Assembly (NCBI GenBank): GCA_963674865.2
Contig: CAXXYE010000003.1
Coordinates: forward strand, 192,001-256,000
Reading direction: 5' to 3'
DNA length: 64,000 bases
Origin: Candidatus Hydrogenedentota bacterium
GTDB taxonomy: Bacteria; Hydrogenedentota; Hydrogenedentia; Hydrogenedentales; SLHB01
The translations under genes and the position numbers were made by a program. The notes beneath the pieces are model-generated. The model was not told where the DNA came from and did not search any database. It saw only the letters and a list, made by a program, of their open reading frames with translations. Shown piece by piece: positions 19,070 through 27,952 of the stretch (position 1 is its first letter; each line of letters starts with the position of its first letter).

Positions 19070-21367
19070 TCAAGGCGCTCCGCTGGCCGGCAACAGCCCT
19101 CGCGCCGCACGCTCGGCGGGCAGCCAGCGCGATAAGAGATCACGGCAGTTCAGCACCTTTTCGGCGAGGTCGAGGGGGACATAGAAGTAATGGTTTGTCG
19201 CTTCGTAGCCGATACGCGCGTCCCTGCGCTGAATCGTGTACAGGCGCGAAGCCAGATTGCTCTCGCTTTCGAGGAGATCCTCAAGGCGAGCAATGGCGCG
19301 TTCGGCGTCCTTGGCGATGATGGCTTGGGCCAGGTCGCGCCGTGCCACTACGAAGTCTGCCTGATTCGCCACGCTCCGGAAATGAATCGCGCAGACGCGC
19401 GCCACGTCGAGTTCGCCGGCCAGCGCCCTGGCGAAGGCCTTTTCGAGGGACATCTCTCGGGCCGCCGATTCGAGCTTCTCGATAGCGGTGTCGAAGCCCT
19501 CCGCCACTTTCCGAAACTGCGCGATGAAGACCTCCGGGGGGAATACGGCGCGCCAGGCGTCCAGATCGTCGTAAGGGAAGCCAACCATGGAGGCCTTATG
19601 GCCGGTGGGTTCGGCCCAGAGAGGATTGGCGGGGCCCGTTTGCAGGGGTGCGGTGTAGACAAGTCCGCCGTGGTAGGGAAACTCGCTGAATGCTGTACTG
19701 AAGGCTTGCCATGCTTCCATGATGGCCGGCGCCATCGTCGGGCCGTAGCGCCGCTCGGCCACGGCACGCATTGCATCCTCGGGGGAGGGGGCATCGGGGC
19801 GGCCCGTCTCGGCCACTACTTCGAGGTTGGGGGCGGGATACCCGCCGAGACTCCAGCCGAGCATGATGCCGTCCACACCGGCGCTGCGCAGATTAGCGGC
19901 GTGCTTGGCCACGTTGGCCACCGCCGGGATATACGGAGCCGCGGACAACTCCCAGGTGTTGTTGGCCTGGATCTTAGCCACGGCGCGGAGTCCCCGTTCA
20001 CGGGCAAGGGCCCAGTGCCGAGTTGCGCGTGGGCCGGGGCCGATCACGGAGATCGAGTACTCGCCCACGACGCTCGATATGCCGCCGCGCTGAATGGGGA
20101 TGCTCCATTCACTCACGCTCACCAAGGACGCCTTGTCCGGTAGCTGCGCGATGATCTTCGGAGCGTCCTCGTCTTTCCAGCCCCAGTCCCATGCGAGCAA
20201 GCGTGCTTGGCTTCCCGAAGCATCGATGCCTTGTTGCACCAGGGCGTTGACTTCGCCGATGACTTCCGCCGCACCTCTGGCGCCGCAGCGCGGGCATTCG
20301 CCTCCGCGATGGTGCGACCAGCAATTGGTTAGATTTTCCGAAGCCGTGATGGTGAGGAATCCGGCCAGATCAGGCACGCCGCGGCACACGTGAGCCACGG
20401 CATTGCGGAGATAGTCTTGGATGGGCGCGGCGCTCGTACACAGGGCCGCGTGCTGCCCCTCTTCAACGCCTTTGAGGTCACTACGGGACTCGAAGAACTC
20501 AAGCGGCATGGCGCGGGGCTCGTTCAGGTAGAGGTAGACGCCGAGGCCGTGCTTGCGCGCTCGGGCCGTGAGCCTACGCAGGTTCTCGATCCGCTGCTCG
20601 TGCGCCTGACTCAAATTCATGTCCCAGGGGAAGGGGGCGAGCTTATACAGCACTGCATGAAGCCAGATGCCGTCTACGCCCGACGCGGCCAGCCTGGCCA
20701 GGTAGCCCTCGGGATAGCCCGCGGCCTCCAGGTCGAGCAGCGGGTCGCCATAGAGCGCGAAATAGGACGCGCAGAAGCGAGGCGAGAACCGGCCGGCTGG
20801 CGCTTCCTTCTCTTGTGCTCCGGGCGGCTCGGATAACCGATTCACGAAGCCGAACAGCGGATCCGTGCCTTCCCCAAGGCCCGCGGGAAACGCCTCGCGC
20901 GTCCAAGACGCGATCCGGGCCTCCTGCGCTCGCGCTACCTCGTCCGGTGGCGTGTACACGATGGGTTCGCAGCGGGGTTTGAGGTTGCCGAGTTTCACGA
21001 AGAGGAAGTCGTCTTCGCGCAGGGTGTAAGCCAGTCTCTCGGCGGACCAATCGAGGAGTGTCAGCAACTGCTCATACGGGAGAAGATGCCAGTTGCGGCG
21101 GATGATCGTGATGTACGACCGCCGCCAGCGCTCCTCCGAGATCGCGGGGGCCGCGGGCAAGCCCATCGCCTTGCCCATCTCGACGATTTGCGCCGGTGTC
21201 GCCCCCACCACAGCGGCCAGGCGCTCCGGCGGAACAAGCTCCCAATTGCGCCATACGTAGGCATGGAGCAGATCGGGAAAGTGCGCCACAGCCACCGGTG
21301 GCGGCGCGGAGCCAGCCGGCAACTCGACAGCGTGCAGCATGGCGCCCAGCAGAGCGAGCCAAGGCAT
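19070..21367 (-). CDS. Large exported hypothetical protein, possible TIM-barrel hydrolase
   Basis: 765-aa ORF with short signal-like N-terminus; GVDGIWL, GVYLYLNEPR, HHRGGECPRC, AWDWGW. Confidence 0.6.
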   Translation of the reverse strand: MPWLALLGAMLHAVELPAGSAPPPVAVAHFPDLLHAYVWRNWELVPPERLAAVVGATPAQIVEMGKAMGLPAAPAISEERWRRSYITIIRRNWHLLPYEQLLTLLDWSAERLAYTLREDDFLFVKLGNLKPRCEPIVYTPPDEVARAQEARIASWTREAFPAGLGEGTDPLFGFVNRLSEPPGAQEKEAPAGRFSPRFCASYFALYGDPLLDLEAAGYPEGYLARLAASGVDGIWLHAVLYKLAPFPWDMNLSQAHEQRIENLRRLTARARKHGLGVYLYLNEPRAMPLEFFESRSDLKGVEEGQHAALCTSAAPIQDYLRNAVAHVCRGVPDLAGFLTITASENLTNCWSHHRGGECPRCGARGAAEVIGEVNALVQQGIDASGSQARLLAWDWGWKDEDAPKIIAQLPDKASLVSVSEWSIPIQRGGISSVVGEYSISVIGPGPRATRHWALARERGLRAVAKIQANNTWELSAAPYIPAVANVAKHAANLRSAGVDGIMLGWSLGGYPAPNLEVVAETGRPDAPSPEDAMRAVAERRYGPTMAPAIMEAWQAFSTAFSEFPYHGGLVYTAPLQTGPANPLWAEPTGHKASMVGFPYDDLDAWRAVFPPEVFIAQFRKVAEGFDTAIEKLESAAREMSLEKAFARALAGELDVARVCAIHFRSVANQADFVVARRDLAQAIIAKDAERAIARLEDLLESESNLASRLYTIQRRDARIGYEATNHYFYVPLDLAEKVLNCRDLLSRWLPAERAARGLLPASGAP

Positions 21368-21432
21368 AGTCTGAAGCCTTTCCTCTTTGATGTGCCGCGA
21401 GGAGACGCCACGCGGACGCCGTGACGAGACAC

Positions 21433-22509
21433 CTATTTACGCTTGCCGTAGATGTGTGGATTCTGGCGCTGGCATTCCTCGATGACGGCAATCTGTTGGC
21501 GTACTTGCTGAGGCGTGATCTCGAGCGGCGTGCCCTTCGTCAGAGTCTTGTAGAGCATGGAGTAGAACGCCCCCGACATGCTGTCAAAAAGGTCATGCTT
21601 CTTGCTCGGGACTTTCCAGGTTCGCTTGTGCCACTTCAGCGTGTCCTTGCAGTAGCTCGGCGTGCCGTCGGTTTGGGCGAGCGGCCGGCGAATTAGGCGT
21701 TGCTTCGGCGCTTCCTTCGGATCGTAGAACCGCCACTCGATGGCCGACTTATCGCTCTTCAGTCCGCCGCGGGTGCCGTAGACGTTGTACGTGAAGAAGC
21801 GGTAGCTGCAGCACGAAGAGATCTCGAGGTTGATGATGGGGCGTCCCTCGCCCGTCAGGGTGAGCAGGACATGGTCTTCCGCATCACCGTAGCTTGTCGC
21901 GTTGCGCATGACGCAGGCAACGTGGGGCATAACGTCCGTCCCGAAAAGTTGCAGGGCCTGATCGAGCGGGTGGGGCCCGGTATTGAGCAGGCTTCCTCCC
22001 ATCTCCGACGTGAGCGTCTGCCAGTCGTACCGGCGGCTGAATCCGCCGAAGGCGATGCACACCTGCACGATGTCCCCCAGCACGCCCGAGTCGATCACCT
22101 TGCGGACTTGGCGGAAATACGGCGCGAAGCGCGATTGCTGGAAAATGGCCAAGATGCGGCCCGAGCGCTCGGATGCCTGAATGAGCTTGTCCACATCGGC
22201 GGCTCGGGACGCCAGTGGCTTCTCACACAGAACGTTGAATCCCCCGCGGAGGAGTTCGAGGGAGATGGGCACGTGAAACTTGCTCGGTGAGGCGTTGACA
22301 ACGAGGTCCAGGTCGCTGCGTTTCAGTAAGGGTGCGTGCGTGCGATAGGTTTCGGCGCCGGACTCGCGCTCGGCGCGCTCCCTCCGCTCCTTGATGGGAT
22401 CCACCACGGCCACAATCTGATACCGCCTCGTGTCTTGGAGCAGGTAGTTCATGTGGATGTCGCGTCCGCTGCGGCCCTGTCCGATGATGGCAACGCGTAT
22501 CTTCCTCAT
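21433..22509 (-). CDS. Gfo/Idh/MocA family oxidoreductase
   Basis: VAIIGQGRSG, VLCEKP, GGSLLNTGPHPLD. Confidence 0.9.
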   Translation of the reverse strand: MRKIRVAIIGQGRSGRDIHMNYLLQDTRRYQIVAVVDPIKERRERAERESGAETYRTHAPLLKRSDLDLVVNASPSKFHVPISLELLRGGFNVLCEKPLASRAADVDKLIQASERSGRILAIFQQSRFAPYFRQVRKVIDSGVLGDIVQVCIAFGGFSRRYDWQTLTSEMGGSLLNTGPHPLDQALQLFGTDVMPHVACVMRNATSYGDAEDHVLLTLTGEGRPIINLEISSCCSYRFFTYNVYGTRGGLKSDKSAIEWRFYDPKEAPKQRLIRRPLAQTDGTPSYCKDTLKWHKRTWKVPSKKHDLFDSMSGAFYSMLYKTLTKGTPLEITPQQVRQQIAVIEECQRQNPHIYGKRK

Positions 22510-22672
22510 TGGAGCATTCTCCCTCCCCTGTCTACGGGATTTCGGTGCACTAGGCAGATGATCGACCGCTCGGCCGTGTATACGTGGGGGCGATTATAGA
22601 GGCGGACGGATTGATCTTCCACACGACGCCGAACTCTGTGGAGGCCGGATGTCGGAGCCGTGGCCCGACGCG

Positions 22673-24382
22673 TCAATCAATCTCGGTTTGTGCGATGAGC
22701 GCACCGTAGTAGGCCATATTCTCCTGGCGAAGTTCCACGTGGCGATGACATACATCGCACTGGAAACGGTTGCCGATTTCTGCCTCTTCCGGAATGCGGA
22801 TGTGCGTGCTGCAAAACGGACAGGCGACGCTCTTCTCATCCGAGGCGAGGAAATCTTGCATGACGCGCTGGATTTTCCCGTCGCGATAGCACCGGACGAA
22901 CGCGTCCACGCATTGCGGATCGAATTGCCCCCCCTTGCACTTCTCAAGTTCCTCGATAGCCACTTCGGGGTCGAGCCCCTTTCGGTAGGGGCGGTTACTT
23001 GTCATGGCGTCAAAGGTATCGGCCACCGCGATGACGCGCCCCTCAAGGGGGATGTCCTCTCCCGCCAGTCCATGAGGATAGCCTTTGCCGTCATAGCGCT
23101 CGTGGTGGGCGAGGCAGAAAGGGATCACCGGCTTGAGCATGGCGATATCTTCCATGAGCCGGGCGCCACGCTCGGGATGGACGCGCATCTTGGCGAATTC
23201 GTCGTCGTCGAGCCTGCCGGGTTTGCGCAAGATGGCGTCGTCCACGGCGAGCTTCCCTACATCGTGGAGTACGCCGCCCATCTCACAACGCCGGATACCC
23301 TCCTCATCGAAGCCGAGTTCCCTGGCCATTTCCATGGCGAAACGTGTTACGCGCCAGGTGTGGCCCACGGTGTAATGATCCCGGAGCTCGACCGCGTTGG
23401 CCAAGGCGATCAGCGTGTCGTGGTAGGCCTGCTCCAGCTTGCGCACGTATTGGGCGTTGCGGATGGCCGTGGCCGCCGCCCCCGAGAACGCGACGAGGAG
23501 TTCCAGGTCGCGTGTCGTGAAGGCGTTGGCCGCGCCGCGAGTATCCACGTACAAGACGCCGAGCGTCTCCTCCTGATGCGCCAGGGGAGCACACATTGCC
23601 GAGGAGATGTTCTGCGCCAGTATGCTGGCTCCTGCCGCGAAGCGTGGATCTTCCGTGGCGTTATACGTGAGCACGGCTTCGCCTTGCTTGAAGGCGCGGT
23701 CTGCGATAGTCGTGCTGACGACCACCCGGCCTTCGCCCGTGGCGGAGCGCACGTAAGCCGGCTCGAGTGCGGCGGATTTCTCGTTCTTGAGCAGAATCAC
23801 GCCTGTTTGCGCGGGAACCAGTGAGAGCAGCTCGTCCATGATGCAGGCGAATAGCTTCTTGAGGTCGGGTTCGCTCGCGATGATCGCGTTGGCCTTGTAT
23901 ACGGCCTGTAGACGGCGCTGCGCATCCTGCAACTGCTCGGCGGATACGGCGGCGCCGGGGGCGGCGAAGAATGTTTGATAGAGGTCTTCAGCGCGGGCCG
24001 TTTCGATGGGCCCCGATACCTCGGCGTCCTCAAGCCGGACAGCCTGAGGCCCTTGAGGCCGTGGGGGGGAGGCCTCTGCAGGGGCCGCTACGCGTTGGTA
24101 CCGCAGTTCGACCTGGCCCACGCGAATGACGTCTTCCGGTGCGAGGCGATACTCTAGCACGCGTTTCTCGCCCACAAATGTGCCGTTCCCGCTGCTCAAA
24201 TCCCGCAGAATGGCGCCTTCGGGCCTTCGCTCGATCACGGCGTGCTTGCGTGACACCTCCGGATCGTCGAGTTGAAGGTCGTTTTCCGGGCTGCGGCCAA
24301 TACTGATACGCGTTTCGAGGGACAGTTCGCGCCCCTCAAGAGGCCCCGTCAGCACTATGATTCGCTCAAGCTCCATGCGCAT
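22673..24382 (-). CDS. FHA-GAF-HD-GYP cyclic dinucleotide phosphodiesterase with C-terminal zinc ribbon
   Basis: FHA motifs IGR, VSRKHA, DLSSGNGT; GAF DPRF..SAMCAPL..GVLYVD; YTVGH..RV, LHDVGK, HHERYDGKGYP, ADTFDAMTSNRPYR; CPFC...CDVC. Confidence 0.9.
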   Translation of the reverse strand: MRMELERIIVLTGPLEGRELSLETRISIGRSPENDLQLDDPEVSRKHAVIERRPEGAILRDLSSGNGTFVGEKRVLEYRLAPEDVIRVGQVELRYQRVAAPAEASPPRPQGPQAVRLEDAEVSGPIETARAEDLYQTFFAAPGAAVSAEQLQDAQRRLQAVYKANAIIASEPDLKKLFACIMDELLSLVPAQTGVILLKNEKSAALEPAYVRSATGEGRVVVSTTIADRAFKQGEAVLTYNATEDPRFAAGASILAQNISSAMCAPLAHQEETLGVLYVDTRGAANAFTTRDLELLVAFSGAAATAIRNAQYVRKLEQAYHDTLIALANAVELRDHYTVGHTWRVTRFAMEMARELGFDEEGIRRCEMGGVLHDVGKLAVDDAILRKPGRLDDDEFAKMRVHPERGARLMEDIAMLKPVIPFCLAHHERYDGKGYPHGLAGEDIPLEGRVIAVADTFDAMTSNRPYRKGLDPEVAIEELEKCKGGQFDPQCVDAFVRCYRDGKIQRVMQDFLASDEKSVACPFCSTHIRIPEEAEIGNRFQCDVCHRHVELRQENMAYYGALIAQTEID

Positions 24383-24610
24383 TGCCCCATTGCGCGTAGA
24401 ATCCGTGCGCAGTCGTCGGACTCTGTACGCCTGCCCCCTTTATATCATGGCGGCAGAGAACTTGCCAGTGAATACGGCGGTACAGAGGTTCAAGAACAGC
24501 GTTTCCCGGTCTTCTAGCTTCGTCGTCGCTCTTCTTGCCTCCACAAGCGCCGGGGGGGGGCACGTTGCCGGAAGGATTCGCACCATCCTGCGGCCCTCAT
24601 TGCGCTGCGG

Positions 24611-24658
24611 ATACTATATATTGTTGTTTTTTGGATGCGGTAGCCCTATATCTAGCCC
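24611..24658. promoter_or_regulatory. Two tandem NrdR-box-like sites
   Basis: ATACTATATATTGTTG (24611-24626) and GCCCTATATCTAGCCC (24643-24658) both fit the core C-w-A-t-A-T-n-T-w-G and are offset by 32 bp. Confidence 0.5.
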
Positions 24659-24666
24659 ATAATTGC

Positions 24667-24695
24667 TTGACAGGTCCACACCGATTCTATAGAAT
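24667..24695 (+). promoter_or_regulatory. Sigma70 promoter of the ExeA/secretin/Wzc operon
   Basis: TTGACA-17bp-TAGAAT. Confidence 0.75.
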
Positions 24696-24962
24696 ATACG
24701 CGGAAGTTCTGGAGAATGAAGCCCTTAGCCCGGCCACGGCTTCCTGCTCGAAACGGGCGAGCGGAGACGCGTGCCAAGTGTTGAGATGTGTCTAGGTTTG
24801 TGACGGGTCCGCGGCGAAGGGCCGGCGGGCAATGCGCCCAGCCGTAGTGAGAGAGGAATTCCCTGGCTCACGCGCCGTAAAGGCAGCATCCTGGGCGCCC
24901 CTTCCGGTGGACGCGGGCGGCGCTTGCTGCTGTAGCCATGGCGAAGGGAAACAGGCGAGCAC

Positions 24963-25991
24963 ATGAGTGACAGTGAGTCCCAGTCGGTCCTGGCTTTCTT
25001 TGGATTGCGAGAGCAGCCGTTTGCTCCGACGGCCGACCCTGCCTATTTCTATGCAGCACGGGAACACAAGGAATGCCTTTTCCGGCTTTGGCACAGCGTT
25101 GACGAGCGCCACGGGATCGCCGTTATCCTGGGGAACTACGGGACGGGCAAGACAACGCTTCTCCGTAAGCTTCTTTCGGGCATGAGCGTGCAGCCCGAGC
25201 GGTATCGTACCGCCGTCATCGGCTCGCCTATTCCGTCGTGGACCAGCTTCGCGCTTCTCGAGGCGATCATCACGCAATTCGGGCTTCGGCCTGAGAAGCG
25301 GTCGTTCGTAGCCTACATGGAGGCGCTTAACCAGGACCTGCTCCGCCATCGCGGCCAGATCAACACGCTTATCATCGACGACGCCCAGAATCTCAATAAA
25401 CGCGGTCAGTTAGAACTCCTCCGGCTTGCCCAGAACCTTGAGACACAACAGCACAAGTTGCTTAACCTTGTCCTGCTGGCTCAAATGGAATGGGCCGCCG
25501 TGCTTAGGGCGCGGCCCAATTTCGAGCAGCGCATCAACATGACTTTCGTGCTGTCGCCGCTCAGTCTCGAAGATACGCGCAACCTGATCGAGTTCCGGCT
25601 CAATATGGCCGCGTCCGCGCCCGAGAAGCGGCCTGCTTTCGACGATGCGGCCATCCGCATGATCTACAGCTATGCGGAGGGCAGTCCCCGCGTCACCGTC
25701 ACCATGTGCCGCAATGCACTCCTGGTCGCGGCGCAGGTCAAGACCCGTCGTATCGGCCAAGATGTTGTCTTGCACACGGTTGACAAGACGACCTTGCCCG
25801 ATCCTGAGAAACGTTCGCGCCTTGTGGCGCTGGCGATGCAGACAACCGACGTGCAGGTTCGAAGCGCTCCGCCGAAGCGCCCCGAGACACCGCCGCCGAG
25901 TCCGACGGAGCGCCTGGGCCAAGGTCCCCGGGAACAGCGAGCGGTCGAGCTGTTGCTGAGGGCTGCCAAGTCCAGGGAGAAGCACGGCTAG
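24963..25991 (+). CDS. ExeA/GspA-family AAA+ ATPase
   Basis: FFGLREQPF..TADP..FY..H, Walker A GNYGTGKT, Walker B LIIDDAQNL, QRI, G.PR. Confidence 0.88.
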   Translation: MSDSESQSVLAFFGLREQPFAPTADPAYFYAAREHKECLFRLWHSVDERHGIAVILGNYGTGKTTLLRKLLSGMSVQPERYRTAVIGSPIPSWTSFALLEAIITQFGLRPEKRSFVAYMEALNQDLLRHRGQINTLIIDDAQNLNKRGQLELLRLAQNLETQQHKLLNLVLLAQMEWAAVLRARPNFEQRINMTFVLSPLSLEDTRNLIEFRLNMAASAPEKRPAFDDAAIRMIYSYAEGSPRVTVTMCRNALLVAAQVKTRRIGQDVVLHTVDKTTLPDPEKRSRLVALAMQTTDVQVRSAPPKRPETPPPSPTERLGQGPREQRAVELLLRAAKSREKHG

Positions 25992-25998
25992 GCTATCG

Positions 25999-27894
25999 AT
26001 GGCCACCAGCGAAGACTACAACGACGAGCTTCCGGAGCGGCCCCGCGAGGTCAAGCAGGAGCTTGACGCAATGGACCGGACGCTCGCCGACCAGATCGAC
26101 GAGGACGAACGTGTACAGAGCGGGATCCCGTCCGAACAGCGGGGCTCCGACCTCGATTTTATTCAGATGACGGGCCTGACACGCCCTGCCTCCCTCGCTG
26201 AACCTGCGCCCACGCCTGTCCAGCAATTCGACAATTCCCTGGATCCGGATGATCCAGTGAGTTTCTACGAGGAGGGCGTGGCCGACGTCGATGCGTCGAT
26301 GGAGCCTCCGTCACTCGATCATGCGTCGGGGAGCGAGGACGAGGAAGTAGTGGTCGGCAAGCGCGAGGATCGCTCGCCCATTGCGGGGCTCAAGGAGATC
26401 ATCGCCGATCTGACGCGTGAGGAGACGGCCGACGAGCCGGAGCCGCCCGTGGCGGAATATGGCGAGGTGGACACGCGTGCTCCGCTGAGTACGCTCTTGC
26501 CGCCCGAGGAAGACACGACGATCGAAGCATCGTCTTCGGGGCCTGAGGAAGAAGAGCCAACGGCCGACGATGTACCGGAAAAGGTTGGTGATACGAAACC
26601 GCCCGCTGAGATTGGATCGCAATGTCCGGCTCCCGATGACGAAATCGTGCCCGTTCCCGTTGCTCCGGAAGAAGCGGGCGAAGAACCGGAGGAGGTCGTC
26701 GAAGCCGCACCGCCCGAAGCGCAGAGACTTAGCCAGGTTGAGGGCGCTCCATCCGTAGCAGGCGCTGAAGAAGCTTGTCTGCCCTCCCTCAAGACCTCCG
26801 AGGCCGATGACGTTCCCATGCAACAGCCGGGGGAGGCGCGCGATGAGGAGGTGAAGCAGGCGGCGGTTGAACGGGACAGTTCGGTGTATCGCCGGCCGCA
26901 GACGAGGGCTCAACGACGCCGCTCGAAGCGGCAGGGCCGGCGCCGACGCAAGCTCATCCGCTGGGGTGTACGCTTAGTGGTTCTTATCGCAGTCGGCATC
27001 CTAGGTTACAGCGTGCTTGCGTGGAGTAGGGCGCAGCTGGCTTCTCCCGAATCTCAGTTCGCGGCCGCGGAACGGCTCGCCGATGAGGGTAGGTATCGCC
27101 AGGCGTCGGAAGCGTACCTTGATTTCGCCAACAGGTATCCCAGCCACCCTTTGACGCCGGATGCGGAGTTTGAGGCGGCTTTCTTGCTTCAACGGATTGA
27201 GGAGCCTTTGGGCAACGCCGGGCAAGCGGCCCGGGAGCGGGCGTTGGAGCTGTTCGGCCAGTTTGTCATGGCGCATCCTACGCACACCAAGGTGGCCCGA
27301 GCCGAGGGTTTGATGGGTATACTCAACTTCCAACTCCATCGCTATTGGGAGGCTATCGACGTTCTTCGCGATCCGGAACTCCAGTTGAGAGATGCAGGAA
27401 TCGCCTTGCCCGCGATGCGCACCCTCGCGCGTGCGTATGCGAGCCTGGGCGACTACGCTGCCGCCGAATCCGCCTATCTTCAGGCCGTGTCCATATCCGA
27501 GAACTACACGCCCGAGGTGGATTACCACGAGTTGGGGCGCATGTACCACAGGATGGCCGAGAAGGATGCCGTGTTGGCGACTCGTCGAGAGCATATGAAG
27601 AAGGCCATCCAGTATTGGGATCATGCCGTGCGCTCACCCGCGATTGATCCTATCGCAAAGAAGGAGATCCAGCGCCAGCGCGACGTGCTACAGAGCCAAC
27701 TGGAGGAAACATACACTGACGTGCCGGCCGCGGACGCCGCCGACCCGGTAGGAGATTCCCTGGATGAGGCCGTGGCGGCCGAGCCCGATCCTCGGGCTGA
27801 ACAGGCTTTCTTGAATGTGGGGGCGGAACAGGCCCGCGAAGCGGCTTTCGCGGCGCCGATGGAGGCAGAATCCCTTGTGCTTCCGGAGGAGTGA
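25999..27894 (+). CDS. Single-pass membrane protein: acidic low-complexity N-terminus and C-terminal TPR domain (BamD/CpoB-like)
   Basis: About 290 E/D/P-rich residues, an Arg cluster RRRSKRQGRRRRK, TM VRLVVLIAVGILGYSVLAW, then A...Y..F..RYPSHPLTPDA-type TPRs. Confidence 0.75.
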   Translation: MATSEDYNDELPERPREVKQELDAMDRTLADQIDEDERVQSGIPSEQRGSDLDFIQMTGLTRPASLAEPAPTPVQQFDNSLDPDDPVSFYEEGVADVDASMEPPSLDHASGSEDEEVVVGKREDRSPIAGLKEIIADLTREETADEPEPPVAEYGEVDTRAPLSTLLPPEEDTTIEASSSGPEEEEPTADDVPEKVGDTKPPAEIGSQCPAPDDEIVPVPVAPEEAGEEPEEVVEAAPPEAQRLSQVEGAPSVAGAEEACLPSLKTSEADDVPMQQPGEARDEEVKQAAVERDSSVYRRPQTRAQRRRSKRQGRRRRKLIRWGVRLVVLIAVGILGYSVLAWSRAQLASPESQFAAAERLADEGRYRQASEAYLDFANRYPSHPLTPDAEFEAAFLLQRIEEPLGNAGQAARERALELFGQFVMAHPTHTKVARAEGLMGILNFQLHRYWEAIDVLRDPELQLRDAGIALPAMRTLARAYASLGDYAAAESAYLQAVSISENYTPEVDYHELGRMYHRMAEKDAVLATRREHMKKAIQYWDHAVRSPAIDPIAKKEIQRQRDVLQSQLEETYTDVPAADAADPVGDSLDEAVAAEPDPRAEQAFLNVGAEQAREAAFAAPMEAESLVLPEE

Positions 27895-27952
27895 CGTGAG
27901 AGTAATTGCCGGGGCTCGATGCAGGGCAACGGATGCGTTGAGGAGAATGCTC

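Noticed and set aside
22673..22830. Functional LysW amino-group carrier
   Set aside because: Lacks the C-terminal EDWGE motif, and there are no lysX/argX genes in the window.
24696..24962. Known riboswitch or ops/JUMPstart element in the leader
   Set aside because: No GGCGGTAG ops, and no c-di-GMP-I or cobalamin consensus blocks recognised.
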